Below the pieces are notes generated by a model. It was not told where the DNA came from, did not search any database, and saw only the letters and a program-made list of their open reading frames with translations. This document shows, piece by piece, positions 28,601-38,293 of a DNA stretch of 60,601 nucleotides (the first letter of the stretch is position 1; every line of letters begins with the position of its first letter). Origin of the DNA: a virus (Duplodnaviria > Caudoviricetes); IMG/VR virus record IMGVR_UViG_3300030012_003336, positions 1 to 60,601 of that record; one strand, 5' to 3'. A program made the position numbers and the translations under genes.

Positions 28601-31600
28601 AGATTGTCGTTAGCCTTGATAAAGTTATCACGCTCACGCAAGAACCTGACCACCGTAGGATCCGCTGTCCTTACAAATAACTTCGAGAACAGGCTCTTCG
28701 ATTTTTCATACGCGGCGTCTGTTTTAGCAATGACAGGGATCTCTAAGAGTTCCATGTGATTGAAGTCGATCAGGTCGTCATCTACATCCAAGGACTCAGG
28801 AAAATCTGAGGCCCGTTCAGTCTGTGCGTTGATTCCAAGGCCGCTAGCCGCTCTTGCCGGGGCGGTTTGATCTTCTTCTGGTTGTGGGGCGTCTATGCCT
28901 GCGGATAATCGACCGTTGATATCAAGTTGCCGCATGAACTCTTCTATCGTGGCCGCAGGATTTTCTGGGTCGAACTGCAATACGCGGGACTTATAGACAT
29001 AACCGGTTTGTAACGCTCTAAGCTGTATCCTAGTCCGTTCGATAGCCGTTCTCACTTTTGGAGACAGGTTCTTCATGTTCCTCTCAAACTTCTTACGCCT
29101 AAAGTGGCCCTTGAGATACCGCATCAAAATGTCTTTGTTACTCGGATTCCGGGACAGGAATTCTGCTTGCTCTTCAGTTGTGAATCCCATCCGGGACCGT
29201 TGCCCGAACATCCGAAGCATCTCCTCGGCTATAGTGAGTCTGGCATCCGGATCTCCTTCAAGGAACCGGGCTTTCAGATCCTCTCGGATTGAATCTTGGT
29301 TGCCGTATTGCGCTAAGACTTCATTAACATCTGACAAGCTTAACGCGGACGCAATAGCCTCTATCTCACTTTTAGATAAAGCCGCCACGGATGCTGCGTG
29401 GGAAATCTCTTCGTCGATTACAATCTCAACTATTTCTCGAACGGGGACTGGTTCGCCACCGTTCTTTTGTACAAGCGACTGCAAGTACTCAAGGATCTTG
29501 TCCGGGTTGATCGTCATTACGCCGGTCTCTTGATCGACTTCCGCCATCCCGTCGATAGTTTCGTCCACCTGCACTTCAATATCGGGAGGAACAATACGCC
29601 TTACGAGATCCGCATACTCTTGCTTGCGCCGTTCATGTTCTTGCGTTGCAGTTCTTTCGGTTCCCGTTGCTCCTTCCAAACCAGAGGCTAACCCCACTGA
29701 GGACCGACGATCCGAAGAAACTTTTTCGGCAGCATTGGTTGCCAGCGAACTGGAAGTAAGGGGGACTGCCAAGCTTGGTTGTGAGGTCGTGGCCTTAGTC
29801 TTGAAGACCCTGTCCGCAATATACTTCTTTGCCCTTGGTGGAATTACTTTTGTCGCCGTCATTCCATCTCTTTGCAAACTAGCGAAGTCTTGCGTAGACA
29901 TTGCCGCAGCTCGTCGTGGCTTAGGGAGCCCTGCAAACACCGAAGTGTGCGCGAGGTCTAGGACTGCGGAAAATGCTTTCCTGAACTTAGGGTATTGTGC
30001 TCGAGCAAGGTTAGGGAAGAGCCCCAAGATTGCGTCGATGATCACTTCAAACACGTTGCGCTTACGGACACCAACTGCTCGAGAGGGGTCAGATAGAACT
30101 TTGACGGCCTGTTGAAACTTGATGTTTGTCAGAAAGTGCGCGATAAACTCGTCAACATTCTCTAGAGCTTCATACATTCTAGAGTCGTGGTTATCATATC
30201 CCGTGCTGACAAATGTCGCACCTCCAAAGCCCCCCATTGACTGATTGGAAAACTGTTCTCTGACTTGATTTATAACATTGTCGAGGACTGCCAAAGCGGA
30301 ACGCTCGCGTCTAGTCAGTTCTGCCTTGGGTTTCCTTGTTATGTTCGAGACATAAGCATGAGTCACTTCGTGTAAAAGTGTGTCCGCCACACCTCTAGGG
30401 TTTCTACCGTTGATGTTGATCGATATTGCCCGAGTCCCGTCGTCTTGAATACGCATACGTCCCGCGTAGTCCAAGTTTGTTTGATCGATTGTAAACGACA
30501 AGTCTGTCAAGAAGCTGGGGTTCTGAATGAGCAACCTTGCCAAGACAACTAGATGCTGGTCGTATTCAGACTCTGCTTCTGAAGACGATTCGATAATTCG
30601 CCGTAGCGCCTCGAGGATGCTGTCCGGGTTGTTGTTTTCTAAACCGAGCGCCAATATCTCTTCGAGGTTAGCTTCCTGTATCTCCTCGAGACTAAAGTCC
30701 GCGTTCTCTGATCTCAGGTATAGGTCAGACTTTGCTTTTTCAATCGACGCAATGAATGCGTTTATCTCTGGAGGGGTCGGAGTTCTCCCCAGTAGTTGCT
30801 GCAAGCTAACTTCAAAGGTTTGCCGGTATCCGGAATCCTGCATCGGGTCTCCTTCAACAGACTTCGCTGACAGGGACAATATGTTTAGGGCCTTACGAAC
30901 AGGGGCCCCCATCTCAAACAAGTCTGTCTTCAGGGCCTGCTGGAAATCTAAGCTAACAACATTAGATTGATTGTTGCCTTGTGCCATCCAGTTAGTGAAG
31001 AGCCCCCAAGCTTCTTTGTTTGTCATCTTTGAAAAGTTAATCGACGACGACTGATAAACTTCTTGCTCGAGGATATTAAGAACAGCCGCGCGGATTTCTG
31101 GGTCTGCCGCCATTGCTTCAATAGCTTGGTCTTGGGCATCCTTGATCGTTGAAGCAATCTTACGTGTAGGTAGTTGCTCCGCAGGTAGCACGGGGAACGG
31201 CTGATACGGATCTGATATTTCCTGTTCAGGTGAGAAGTTTTCGTTCTGCTCGAGTGCGGGGACGGCATCTACAGGAATGGTCGCAATATACGACTGCTTC
31301 AGATGCTCTGAACGGGCATCTTGCATCTTCGTATACTCTTGCGTTATCTCACGACCTAGGGATATCAGCGATGGCTCTTGCCCCCGCATCAACGCATTCA
31401 TTGCCCTTAGTTGCAAATCGAGAAGGGCTGTTTGCTGGACAGTAGGAGTCAAGCTTTCGGGGATAAATCTGCGGAGATTTTCTTCATTGGAGACAAGATC
31501 AAGTGCCTCCTCGATTGTGATCTCTCTGTCTTCACTGTTAGTTCGATCAAGGTCGAACGGATCTCGTATTAAGGTAGTGGCTTCTAATTCCTCGGGAGTC

Positions 31601-34600
31601 GGGGTGGCGAACCTCGACTCGTCTTCTGGATCAATGTCAGAAAGAGATCGAGCCTGTCTAAGCTCGGCCACTTGCTCGATTAGACCTTGGAGCATGGAGT
31701 AGTCTTCGCGGAGCGTAAGAACTTTGTCGGAAGGCGTGAGGGCGGAGACTTGTCCTCCGGACTCTGATAGAACTATATCCGACACAACGAATTGATCTCC
31801 AATCTGAGCAAACCTAAACGACGGGTTTGTTGTCGTAGCATTGATTACGGATTCCGGAACCCGGATTGGGGTTCCTTGCTCCATCAACGCAGCCATGCTT
31901 TGTGGGTCGTTGTTGAAAATGCCTACTTGGTCGGGGCCTACTTTTGCTTTTACATCAGTAAGCGTAGTCACCGCGTAGCCACCTTCGGGAGTTTTGACAT
32001 CCGTCACAGGAAACCTTCTAGAAGTTTCTCTTTGGATCTTGGCGTTGCTATCTTCAATAAACTTCTTTGACAAAGTCCTTTCTGAAACCGGCACCCCAAG
32101 CCTGGCTAACTTAGCTGGAGTGAGAACATACGGGAACCCTGTTGCAATAAGCCGATCCACGGCAGCATCTTCTTCCGGATCAACTTCTTCATTCGACTCA
32201 ACGGTGCGAGTCACGCGCAGGGCATTTAGAGATTCGTTTCTCTCTCGGAACGCTTGACGTTTTTGAGCAAGTCCATCCTCGGGACTGAGTGTTCCGGCTT
32301 CCTCTTCTCTTTTTACCTCGTTTACTTTGTCGGTAAAAGTCTGCTCTATCTGTTCCGCTTGCTCAGACTTCTCGGGGTCTTGCTCTAGTCTAGTCGAAGG
32401 TTCTGCTTCAGAATAAACTATGCCTTCTAACCCTGCGGCGGTGTCTCTAAACGCTTGGTGGTCTGATCCTTCGACCGCACTGTTTTGTACAGGATCTGCC
32501 CCCAGACCACTAGCAAGCCCCCGCTTTCTAGCCAATACTCGGGGACTAACGGTCTCAGAATCAACTGTTGCACTTGAGGTGACGGCAGCTAAGGCGGACC
32601 TAATAGACTTGGGACTAGCTTCGTCCTTTAGATTTAACTCGAGTTGCTCCCGAGGCGGAGCCGCTGCTTGCTCTTTGTTGGTAAACAACGCAGGAATTTC
32701 CAATACGGTCCCACCCTCGGCGGCTCTATTCGCAATATAGATATTAACTTCGTCCCCGTGCTGCCGAACTTGTTGTTCGGTCATTCCTGATTGTTGCATT
32801 GCATAGTTCAAAAAAGCATCAAAGTTTTTTGATCTATTCTTGCTACTACGGCGGACGATATATGCGGCCTTATCTAGCAAACTTGCGAATCTAACTTCTC
32901 GTTGTAGCCCATTGTGAACCGGCTTGGGAGCTGCTTTTGCGAGCTTACTTTCTACGTCGGCTAATTGAGGGATGGCACCCCTTTGAGGGGCCGGTGCTTT
33001 ACTCGGGGTCTCCGGCACAGACTCCGCATTCACTTCAGGCGCTACAGGAGAAGTCGTGTCCTCCGGAGTAGGAGTAACTGTCGGCACGGGCTCTGATAAA
33101 TTTTCAGCGGACTGTTCGACGGGCGTTGCCGTGTCACTTACAGGAAGAGGAGGAGGAGTAGCTGCGCGAGTCGTGTTGGCTTGACCAATAGCCTCGTCCA
33201 CTCGAGCGTCTCTCTTTGTGTCGTCGAACCGTGTAGGATCCCCTATGGCCTCTCTAAGAGCCTTAGCGGCTTCTTTGCTATTGCTAGCCTCAAGCCTAGC
33301 CACAGCGCCTGCGATTATAGAATCCTGTGCGGACATCTTAGAGTCCTGAAAATTTCGACCCCCTATAAGTTTCTTACCGGCTCGAATTGCTGGGACGGCT
33401 CCACCTAATGCACCCCCCATCAGTGCCGCCATATACCCCTGCTTTAGTTGTTGTTCTATAGGAGTATTCTCATTTAAGGCGGCATCTGCAAACAGCCCTG
33501 TGACCAGCTCATCGATGCCCTCTTCGAGCGCCTCTGATCCGGCGGGGATACCTAATGTCACCACTGGTCTGAATATCCCTTTTACTTTTGCCGGTAGCCC
33601 CACAGACCTCTTTAGATTTTCTTTCAGCTCTGCCTCAAGCAAGTCTGCGAACTTCACTTGTTGACCGGTCGTAGTTTTAAACGTCCTGTCTCCTAGTTGT
33701 CTAGCTTTGCTAATTAGAAAATCTCCGGCTTCATTTAACTGCTTATAAGTAAGCCCCCTACCAAGAACACTTTCAAAACCACCAAAGCCTATACGAGAAA
33801 ACGATGCGGTTAATATACCTGTAAATGCTGCGGCTTGTATACTTGCCCCTAAGGCTTTGTCGTGAGCCTCTTCTCTTGTAACTCCTTCGTCGATCAATTG
33901 CCCGTATACCTGGCCATAGGTGGCTGACCCTGACCGCGTTCCGGCCGTTGCAATTAAGGGCAGCGTGGAAGGACCAATTGCATCAGCCATAACCCGACCT
34001 ATGTGTTTCTTATTGAAGTCGTCTAAGAACCCAGTCAACTGAGATGCCGCTTTGTCTGGGTCGGACACCATGATTAGCTTTTTAGTGAGGCTATCGCTGG
34101 CCTCATCAATACCGTCTTTAGTGACTGTTTTGACGCCGGTCCTTGTTTTGGTGCCCACTAGGCCCGCCTTTAAAAGCTCGTCCGCAAGAGTCCTGCTATC
34201 TTTGGTGCGTCCTACGGCTACCGTTTTAAACGTATTGCCTACAGCCGCTTTACCAAACCCGGACAATGTAAATTTTGCTCCGGACTTAGCGGCGGATCTA
34301 GCCGCAAACAAAGCTACGCCCGCTCCCGCCCCGGCACCTCCTGAAACAGACGTTATCAAAGCAGTCGCTGCAACATCCCCCACCATCGGAAGTGCTGTTT
34401 CTCCCAGCTCAGAGAAAAATCCATACTCGTCACCAAACATACCCGCAACTCTCCTGCGTTTAGCCCGCTCCGCAGCCATGCCTGAAAAGTATTCGGCCGC
34501 AGCTTCTTTATCAAATAGACCTCCTATTGCCATAGGAAGAGCAGCAATCGTATCAAGTGCGGCAAAACCTAATCCTAAAGCCCTGTTTGCAAACTGACTA

Positions 34601-36066
34601 TAATTGTCGTTATCGGCTAAGTAGTCTTCTAATATTTGATAGTCTTCCAACCCCGCTTGTTTCCCCGCAGCTAAGGCACTAGACCACTCACCAGACTTGT
34701 AAGTGGTCAGAAGAAAATCACTACTATCTTGAAAGCCTGCTTTTAAGCGTTCGATTCTTTGTTCGTTTAGTAAGACTTTAGCTTCAGAACTTAGATCTTT
34801 TCTATCCGCAAGAGCTTTCTCAAAGAGATCTTTTTTAAACGCCAGTTTAGATGGTACATACGGCAGACCGAACCCCCCTTTGCGTATATTCTTAGCTAAG
34901 TCCTCATCATCATCATGGAATCTGTAAAAGCCCTGCTCAGTTCCAAACTCGAGTAACGATTGTTTTAAAGCTGGTAATATGTCTGTTGGGTTGAACCCAA
35001 GCTTGTCCGCATATTCGTCAGCTAAATCGTCAATGTTTGTATTTTTTGCCCTGTCTACGGCCTGTAACCGTTTTTCGGCATCGCTAACTTCGTACTCATC
35101 AAATTCTTCTCCAAGTGCCTCTCGTATTTTTTTTATAGGGGCCGTGATAGCAAAAGGATTTTCCCCGTGATATACAGAGTGAACATATTTTTTAACTTTT
35201 CTATATATCCCTGAAGAAAACTTCAAGGCTTTGTCCCCAAATCCCATCTCCTCTTTGTCCCCTTCTCGGCGCGTTATACCTTCCGCAATAATCCGAAACT
35301 CTTCATTTTGACGCAGTTCATCATCTATTGCTTGTTTGGCCTCGATGACTTTAAGAACCTTATACAACGGCATATCATAATGCTCGGGGTTCTGACGGAG
35401 CTGCTGTAATTTTAAAGCGTCACGCATGGTGACCCCAGTCATGGCTCCTTGTTTAAGAGCATCAACAGGGTTCATTGTTTCAACAGAATCCCCGACGTAT
35501 AACTCTCCGGAAGAAAGTTTTGCGACAGCCATTTCTCCCGAATCGACTTTCCGTTCTAAGAGACTGTCGTAATTTCCTCCCCCTATACCACTAAACATTA
35601 TCGACGATACCTCATCCCGCAGGTTAGCTACCGTTGTGTTAAGGTAGTCTTCTGTAGGATTAGCTACCTCGGTAGCTGCAATATAATTAGTAAGTGTTTT
35701 CCAATCTTCAGATCTAGAATCAAGAGAGTCTCTGTAAAACTTTACTTGGTCATCAAAGGATCCGCGTGAGTCGTAGCTACCAGCTAGGACATCAATTTCT
35801 TCTGCGTTCGATCCATCAGGCAAAAGAATCCCATCATTGATTAGCGACTGGGTGTAGCCCTCAAAAATCTGGGATTCTATCTCACCGTTATAGGCGTTGT
35901 TAGCAACGTGCTCTTCTCGAAGGTAATCTGAATATCGAACCCTACTCTCGAGTTGATCTTCAAAGGTGTTTTCCTGAGTCCATTCCGAATATGGTTTCGG
36001 TTGTACTAATTCTGCCAGCCCTTCGGCGGCTTCAACGCGGTTAAGAAAATCAAGAGTCTCAGACAT
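25606..36066 (-). CDS. Giant internal virion/ejection (polyvalent-type) protein with zincin-like domains
   Basis: 3486 aa, mostly helical; LLHEVTH..DEFIAH (~aa 1899) and degenerate DEEISH..AEEMLR (~aa 2219); Gly/Ala-rich hydrophobic segments. Confidence 0.75.
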   Translation of the reverse strand: MSETLDFLNRVEAAEGLAELVQPKPYSEWTQENTFEDQLESRVRYSDYLREEHVANNAYNGEIESQIFEGYTQSLINDGILLPDGSNAEEIDVLAGSYDSRGSFDDQVKFYRDSLDSRSEDWKTLTNYIAATEVANPTEDYLNTTVANLRDEVSSIMFSGIGGGNYDSLLERKVDSGEMAVAKLSSGELYVGDSVETMNPVDALKQGAMTGVTMRDALKLQQLRQNPEHYDMPLYKVLKVIEAKQAIDDELRQNEEFRIIAEGITRREGDKEEMGFGDKALKFSSGIYRKVKKYVHSVYHGENPFAITAPIKKIREALGEEFDEYEVSDAEKRLQAVDRAKNTNIDDLADEYADKLGFNPTDILPALKQSLLEFGTEQGFYRFHDDDEDLAKNIRKGGFGLPYVPSKLAFKKDLFEKALADRKDLSSEAKVLLNEQRIERLKAGFQDSSDFLLTTYKSGEWSSALAAGKQAGLEDYQILEDYLADNDNYSQFANRALGLGFAALDTIAALPMAIGGLFDKEAAAEYFSGMAAERAKRRRVAGMFGDEYGFFSELGETALPMVGDVAATALITSVSGGAGAGAGVALFAARSAAKSGAKFTLSGFGKAAVGNTFKTVAVGRTKDSRTLADELLKAGLVGTKTRTGVKTVTKDGIDEASDSLTKKLIMVSDPDKAASQLTGFLDDFNKKHIGRVMADAIGPSTLPLIATAGTRSGSATYGQVYGQLIDEGVTREEAHDKALGASIQAAAFTGILTASFSRIGFGGFESVLGRGLTYKQLNEAGDFLISKARQLGDRTFKTTTGQQVKFADLLEAELKENLKRSVGLPAKVKGIFRPVVTLGIPAGSEALEEGIDELVTGLFADAALNENTPIEQQLKQGYMAALMGGALGGAVPAIRAGKKLIGGRNFQDSKMSAQDSIIAGAVARLEASNSKEAAKALREAIGDPTRFDDTKRDARVDEAIGQANTTRAATPPPLPVSDTATPVEQSAENLSEPVPTVTPTPEDTTSPVAPEVNAESVPETPSKAPAPQRGAIPQLADVESKLAKAAPKPVHNGLQREVRFASLLDKAAYIVRRSSKNRSKNFDAFLNYAMQQSGMTEQQVRQHGDEVNIYIANRAAEGGTVLEIPALFTNKEQAAAPPREQLELNLKDEASPKSIRSALAAVTSSATVDSETVSPRVLARKRGLASGLGADPVQNSAVEGSDHQAFRDTAAGLEGIVYSEAEPSTRLEQDPEKSEQAEQIEQTFTDKVNEVKREEEAGTLSPEDGLAQKRQAFRERNESLNALRVTRTVESNEEVDPEEDAAVDRLIATGFPYVLTPAKLARLGVPVSERTLSKKFIEDSNAKIQRETSRRFPVTDVKTPEGGYAVTTLTDVKAKVGPDQVGIFNNDPQSMAALMEQGTPIRVPESVINATTTNPSFRFAQIGDQFVVSDIVLSESGGQVSALTPSDKVLTLREDYSMLQGLIEQVAELRQARSLSDIDPEDESRFATPTPEELEATTLIRDPFDLDRTNSEDREITIEEALDLVSNEENLRRFIPESLTPTVQQTALLDLQLRAMNALMRGQEPSLISLGREITQEYTKMQDARSEHLKQSYIATIPVDAVPALEQNENFSPEQEISDPYQPFPVLPAEQLPTRKIASTIKDAQDQAIEAMAADPEIRAAVLNILEQEVYQSSSINFSKMTNKEAWGLFTNWMAQGNNQSNVVSLDFQQALKTDLFEMGAPVRKALNILSLSAKSVEGDPMQDSGYRQTFEVSLQQLLGRTPTPPEINAFIASIEKAKSDLYLRSENADFSLEEIQEANLEEILALGLENNNPDSILEALRRIIESSSEAESEYDQHLVVLARLLIQNPSFLTDLSFTIDQTNLDYAGRMRIQDDGTRAISININGRNPRGVADTLLHEVTHAYVSNITRKPKAELTRRERSALAVLDNVINQVREQFSNQSMGGFGGATFVSTGYDNHDSRMYEALENVDEFIAHFLTNIKFQQAVKVLSDPSRAVGVRKRNVFEVIIDAILGLFPNLARAQYPKFRKAFSAVLDLAHTSVFAGLPKPRRAAAMSTQDFASLQRDGMTATKVIPPRAKKYIADRVFKTKATTSQPSLAVPLTSSSLATNAAEKVSSDRRSSVGLASGLEGATGTERTATQEHERRKQEYADLVRRIVPPDIEVQVDETIDGMAEVDQETGVMTINPDKILEYLQSLVQKNGGEPVPVREIVEIVIDEEISHAASVAALSKSEIEAIASALSLSDVNEVLAQYGNQDSIREDLKARFLEGDPDARLTIAEEMLRMFGQRSRMGFTTEEQAEFLSRNPSNKDILMRYLKGHFRRKKFERNMKNLSPKVRTAIERTRIQLRALQTGYVYKSRVLQFDPENPAATIEEFMRQLDINGRLSAGIDAPQPEEDQTAPARAASGLGINAQTERASDFPESLDVDDDLIDFNHMELLEIPVIAKTDAAYEKSKSLFSKLFVRTADPTVVRFLRERDNFIKANDNLIGRFYQSYKEAMKEEFGDNVPPSDDKFWTMLQQATGSRTVVPDEARVKELEDSIAQARAVITINRDQGIIDDAEAETQREALRTRQAEGMQDLRVQAREKAKAERNEGLQYLKDTHRSVYTVVLNLRNLTDKMSASAKVLFGGDGVDLRFDNQMGVYITRTYQMFMNPDYIEMIKTSDSAEAVNIRQAAIQFMRDVFISQETQRLITEGATVSEAEQQAKQLYDEAEVGGASKGHQMMIEFLDAYGSANSARDFADAFDLAEGSAIRIEGTSDGLKALVDNLKKRRELPEALANLMGANNIKEDSVNDLVYSLGMVSRIAAHQSFLQKLKAQGQAGGWLLTAKQVEDLKEDNFAEGSKYRRVKSDKADMGNNPLAGLYAKEDIIEELKVLMQPISRTGSDATSQTLNNIMGYAHKFTGYSMGAKTLLSFGFYLRNALSNIMFFGPAQGFYGSFRLLKIGGKYGAGDMFRRAIGSGSVRDTDAYLSRLEATGVFGNEIRSQIMIRLMRGEESMNSLQAKLSELSEQAKNPNVTGSALRQIRDNLGRIASAMDSFYKIAYFEHEKKVLLEARAHDIKTGKFNKENPPPSDTQIEQDAADIVSATAQSYDRALPIIKKITTETNFGLLFAPFIRFTAEIPRITANTIRLARKEMKSDNPVIRARGRKRITGFIGTVGLVSMVLPTLLRAVVGGIGKDEDEAIRASLPVYLRNHTFFYFKRPGSDQLRSLDLTYMNPFSMIADPSLRFMEHLFRGEPVEGMQKAVMTGVFAPFLGQQILSGAVFDVLENRQASNDAPIYEESEDFNSKIGKSLGYILREAYGGRTPKKVMEAYRTAVEGGESHFLDSPMGLIFQEAMPVTSRPVDPKRQFERTLYALRDEYSRARRMYNRLRQDEAMSDREIVNLYKDTKERMLEINSALRTAIRGFGSFMSEGEMYRAMRKAKYGETRSQLLFTGQGFQERYLPSLPLRRDLMQTPNGEARLRTLSEAAMQDPRFIEIDQ

Positions 36067-36102
36067 AGCTGTAGCTCGGGTTGGATATGTGGGTTGTGGG
36101 AA

Positions 36103-37071
36103 TTACTGATCGTAAAGGTCAGACAGATTTGGAGCTTTAGAAGTAGAGGGGGCCAGTTGATCGCGTCTTATTTTGTCGAGCAAAGCCGCTTGAATAGCAT
36201 TTCCATTTTCGAATTGACTAACAACCGCAAGAGCCTGTGGCTCATTTCTAAACACCATCTGAGCATACTTTTTAAGTCGAGCTATTTGGTCTGCTGAATG
36301 TATTTTTTGCACTTTGTCGGCGTCAACAAGACTTGAAAGATCTTTCTCGTCCATTTCAGGAAGTTCAGACGGCTGTATTGCTTTAATGTCAGTCACAAGT
36401 GAGTTAAGGACTTTATCAGTCCTAGCTTTTTCTTCTGCTTGAGCTTGAATTTGTTCTTGGGATTGTTTTTGACTTGCTGCCGCTTTATTTTTTGCCTCTA
36501 CGGCCGTAGAGTAATCAATCGCGGCTGCTTCTTGTGCAGAAATATTACCATCCTTCATAGCTTCCCGCATGACAAAGCTCGTCATGCCCTGCTGCACCGC
36601 ATTAAAAGCAAACGGACTAAGTTTACCTGCGGCCTCTTGCCCTGAAACAGTTTTGTACGCGCTATCAAACAGAGTTTTTGTTGCTGTAGAAGTTAGACCC
36701 CCCGCAGCAGCAATTTCCATTTGCTTTCTTGCTAGCTCCTGACTCTTTTGAATCGGGGTTGTGTTTTCGTTTTCAGTAATGCTACGCAAACCGTCAGCAA
36801 GTTCTCCAAGTTTTGATATCTCTTCTCTTCTTTTTCTAGCACGATCTTTTTTCTCTTCTAAGTCTAAAAGACCAGATTCGTAAGCAAGATCTGCGGCTCG
36901 CATTCTATTCCTAGCCGTTTGTAGTTGGATTATATCGGCTGCAATCTTGTCATTTTGTGAGCCAAACTGCCGTCTGATAAAATCGCTCTCGCGATTAGAC
37001 AAGGGTCTAGTGTTAAAAAAGTCCCCTTTGATCGGGGCAATATCATTTGAGTAAGAAAATTCTTCGGCCAT
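36103..37071 (-). CDS. Putative internal virion protein
   Basis: 322 aa, A/Q/K-rich helical, precedes the giant gene. Confidence 0.55.
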   Translation of the reverse strand: MAEEFSYSNDIAPIKGDFFNTRPLSNRESDFIRRQFGSQNDKIAADIIQLQTARNRMRAADLAYESGLLDLEEKKDRARKRREEISKLGELADGLRSITENENTTPIQKSQELARKQMEIAAAGGLTSTATKTLFDSAYKTVSGQEAAGKLSPFAFNAVQQGMTSFVMREAMKDGNISAQEAAAIDYSTAVEAKNKAAASQKQSQEQIQAQAEEKARTDKVLNSLVTDIKAIQPSELPEMDEKDLSSLVDADKVQKIHSADQIARLKKYAQMVFRNEPQALAVVSQFENGNAIQAALLDKIRRDQLAPSTSKAPNLSDLYDQ

Positions 37072-37077
37072 CTTACT

Positions 37078-38253
37078 TTATATTCTAGTTCCTCGACCCG
37101 CTCCCGGTGTCGCGTTTTTATTTACGGTCTTTTGAGACCGATCCTTACCCTCCTGCACCATTGCTGCTATTTGTTTTCGTTTCTCTTCTTCGAGTTTCTC
37201 TTGCTGCTCTCGAGCGGCTTTTTCTGCGGCCCTTGCCGCCTGAGTGCGAATGCCTGGCCTGCCCATAGCTTCGGCTGCGGCCCGTGCTTCTCCGGCTTCT
37301 TTTTTATTACCGGCTCTCTCGAGGGCTCTAGCAGCTCTATTCAGTCTTCCTTTTTCTGATTCTAAGCTGCGATTAGCGTCTCCTAATCCTCCTACAGACC
37401 CCTCTAATGCTGTAGAAGTTCCGAATGCCCTTCCTTGCATGGCCTCCTGTCTATCCAAACCCGGCGTTTTGGTAACTGCGCTACGGGCTGGGTCAGTCAA
37501 AGAATCTTTAAATCTTTGAGCCTCGAGGTTTTTCATCATGCGGCGGCCAGTCCGATTGAACTGTTCAGCCGACACAAGACCTTGGCTAACCATAGCCTCT
37601 CTCAGGCCACTCATATTAGCTTTCAGCGCGTCCCCTGAGAGATTCTCTAGCCCGGTTTGCATTGCCTGCCCGAAATCAATTCTAGCTTTTCTTTTTTGAA
37701 AAGCGTCTCCTATCGCAGCGATTCCTTTTCTAGCCAGTTCAGCTTTCTCCGCAGCATCTTTATTTTTTCGATCTCTATCCGCATCGCGACGAGCAGTTAT
37801 CTCGGCGAGTTTAGCTTCTGCGGCTTGTTGTCTTTCTTTAAAACCTGTTAGCTTTTCTTCTCTAAGAAGTGCAGGATCTTTTGGCGTATTAAATTGACCA
37901 GAATAATTAACGTCCTCCGCATCTTCTGGAAATGCTTCGACTTTACTAAACCGTGGATCAACCTCGAGAGTAGTAAGCTCCGGAGTCTTGTTCTCATTTA
38001 AAGGGAACACCGTCGCTTTAGGTGGGTCGTCTGAAGCCACATCAGCCGCTTCGTCTTCATCGGCGGCAATGACGGCGGTAAGAGCTTTTTGCTTTGTGTC
38101 GCCAACACGGTCTAGACGCCCCTGCAACGCAGCTAGCTTATCGCTTTGAGCTTTAGTAGGTTTCTTGCCACCTATTTTTTTTAAAAGCTTTTGAATCTTA
38201 TCTCCAAGCGCCTCTTCTTTTTCTTGGAGCTTTTTTAGCTGTTCAGGATCCAT
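37078..38253 (-). CDS. Putative internal virion protein
   Basis: 391 aa, charged helical, first of three. Confidence 0.55.
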   Translation of the reverse strand: MDPEQLKKLQEKEEALGDKIQKLLKKIGGKKPTKAQSDKLAALQGRLDRVGDTKQKALTAVIAADEDEAADVASDDPPKATVFPLNENKTPELTTLEVDPRFSKVEAFPEDAEDVNYSGQFNTPKDPALLREEKLTGFKERQQAAEAKLAEITARRDADRDRKNKDAAEKAELARKGIAAIGDAFQKRKARIDFGQAMQTGLENLSGDALKANMSGLREAMVSQGLVSAEQFNRTGRRMMKNLEAQRFKDSLTDPARSAVTKTPGLDRQEAMQGRAFGTSTALEGSVGGLGDANRSLESEKGRLNRAARALERAGNKKEAGEARAAAEAMGRPGIRTQAARAAEKAAREQQEKLEEEKRKQIAAMVQEGKDRSQKTVNKNATPGAGRGTRI

Positions 38254-38293
38254 GATTTAGAGATTGCAAGTGTCTAATTTTTAAGGGTCAAAG

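Noticed and set aside
30680-30715. NADF in the giant protein as a virion RNA polymerase motif
   Set aside because: Reads NADFSLE, lacking the DxDGD/DFDID catalytic aspartates; no such motif noticed elsewhere in the protein
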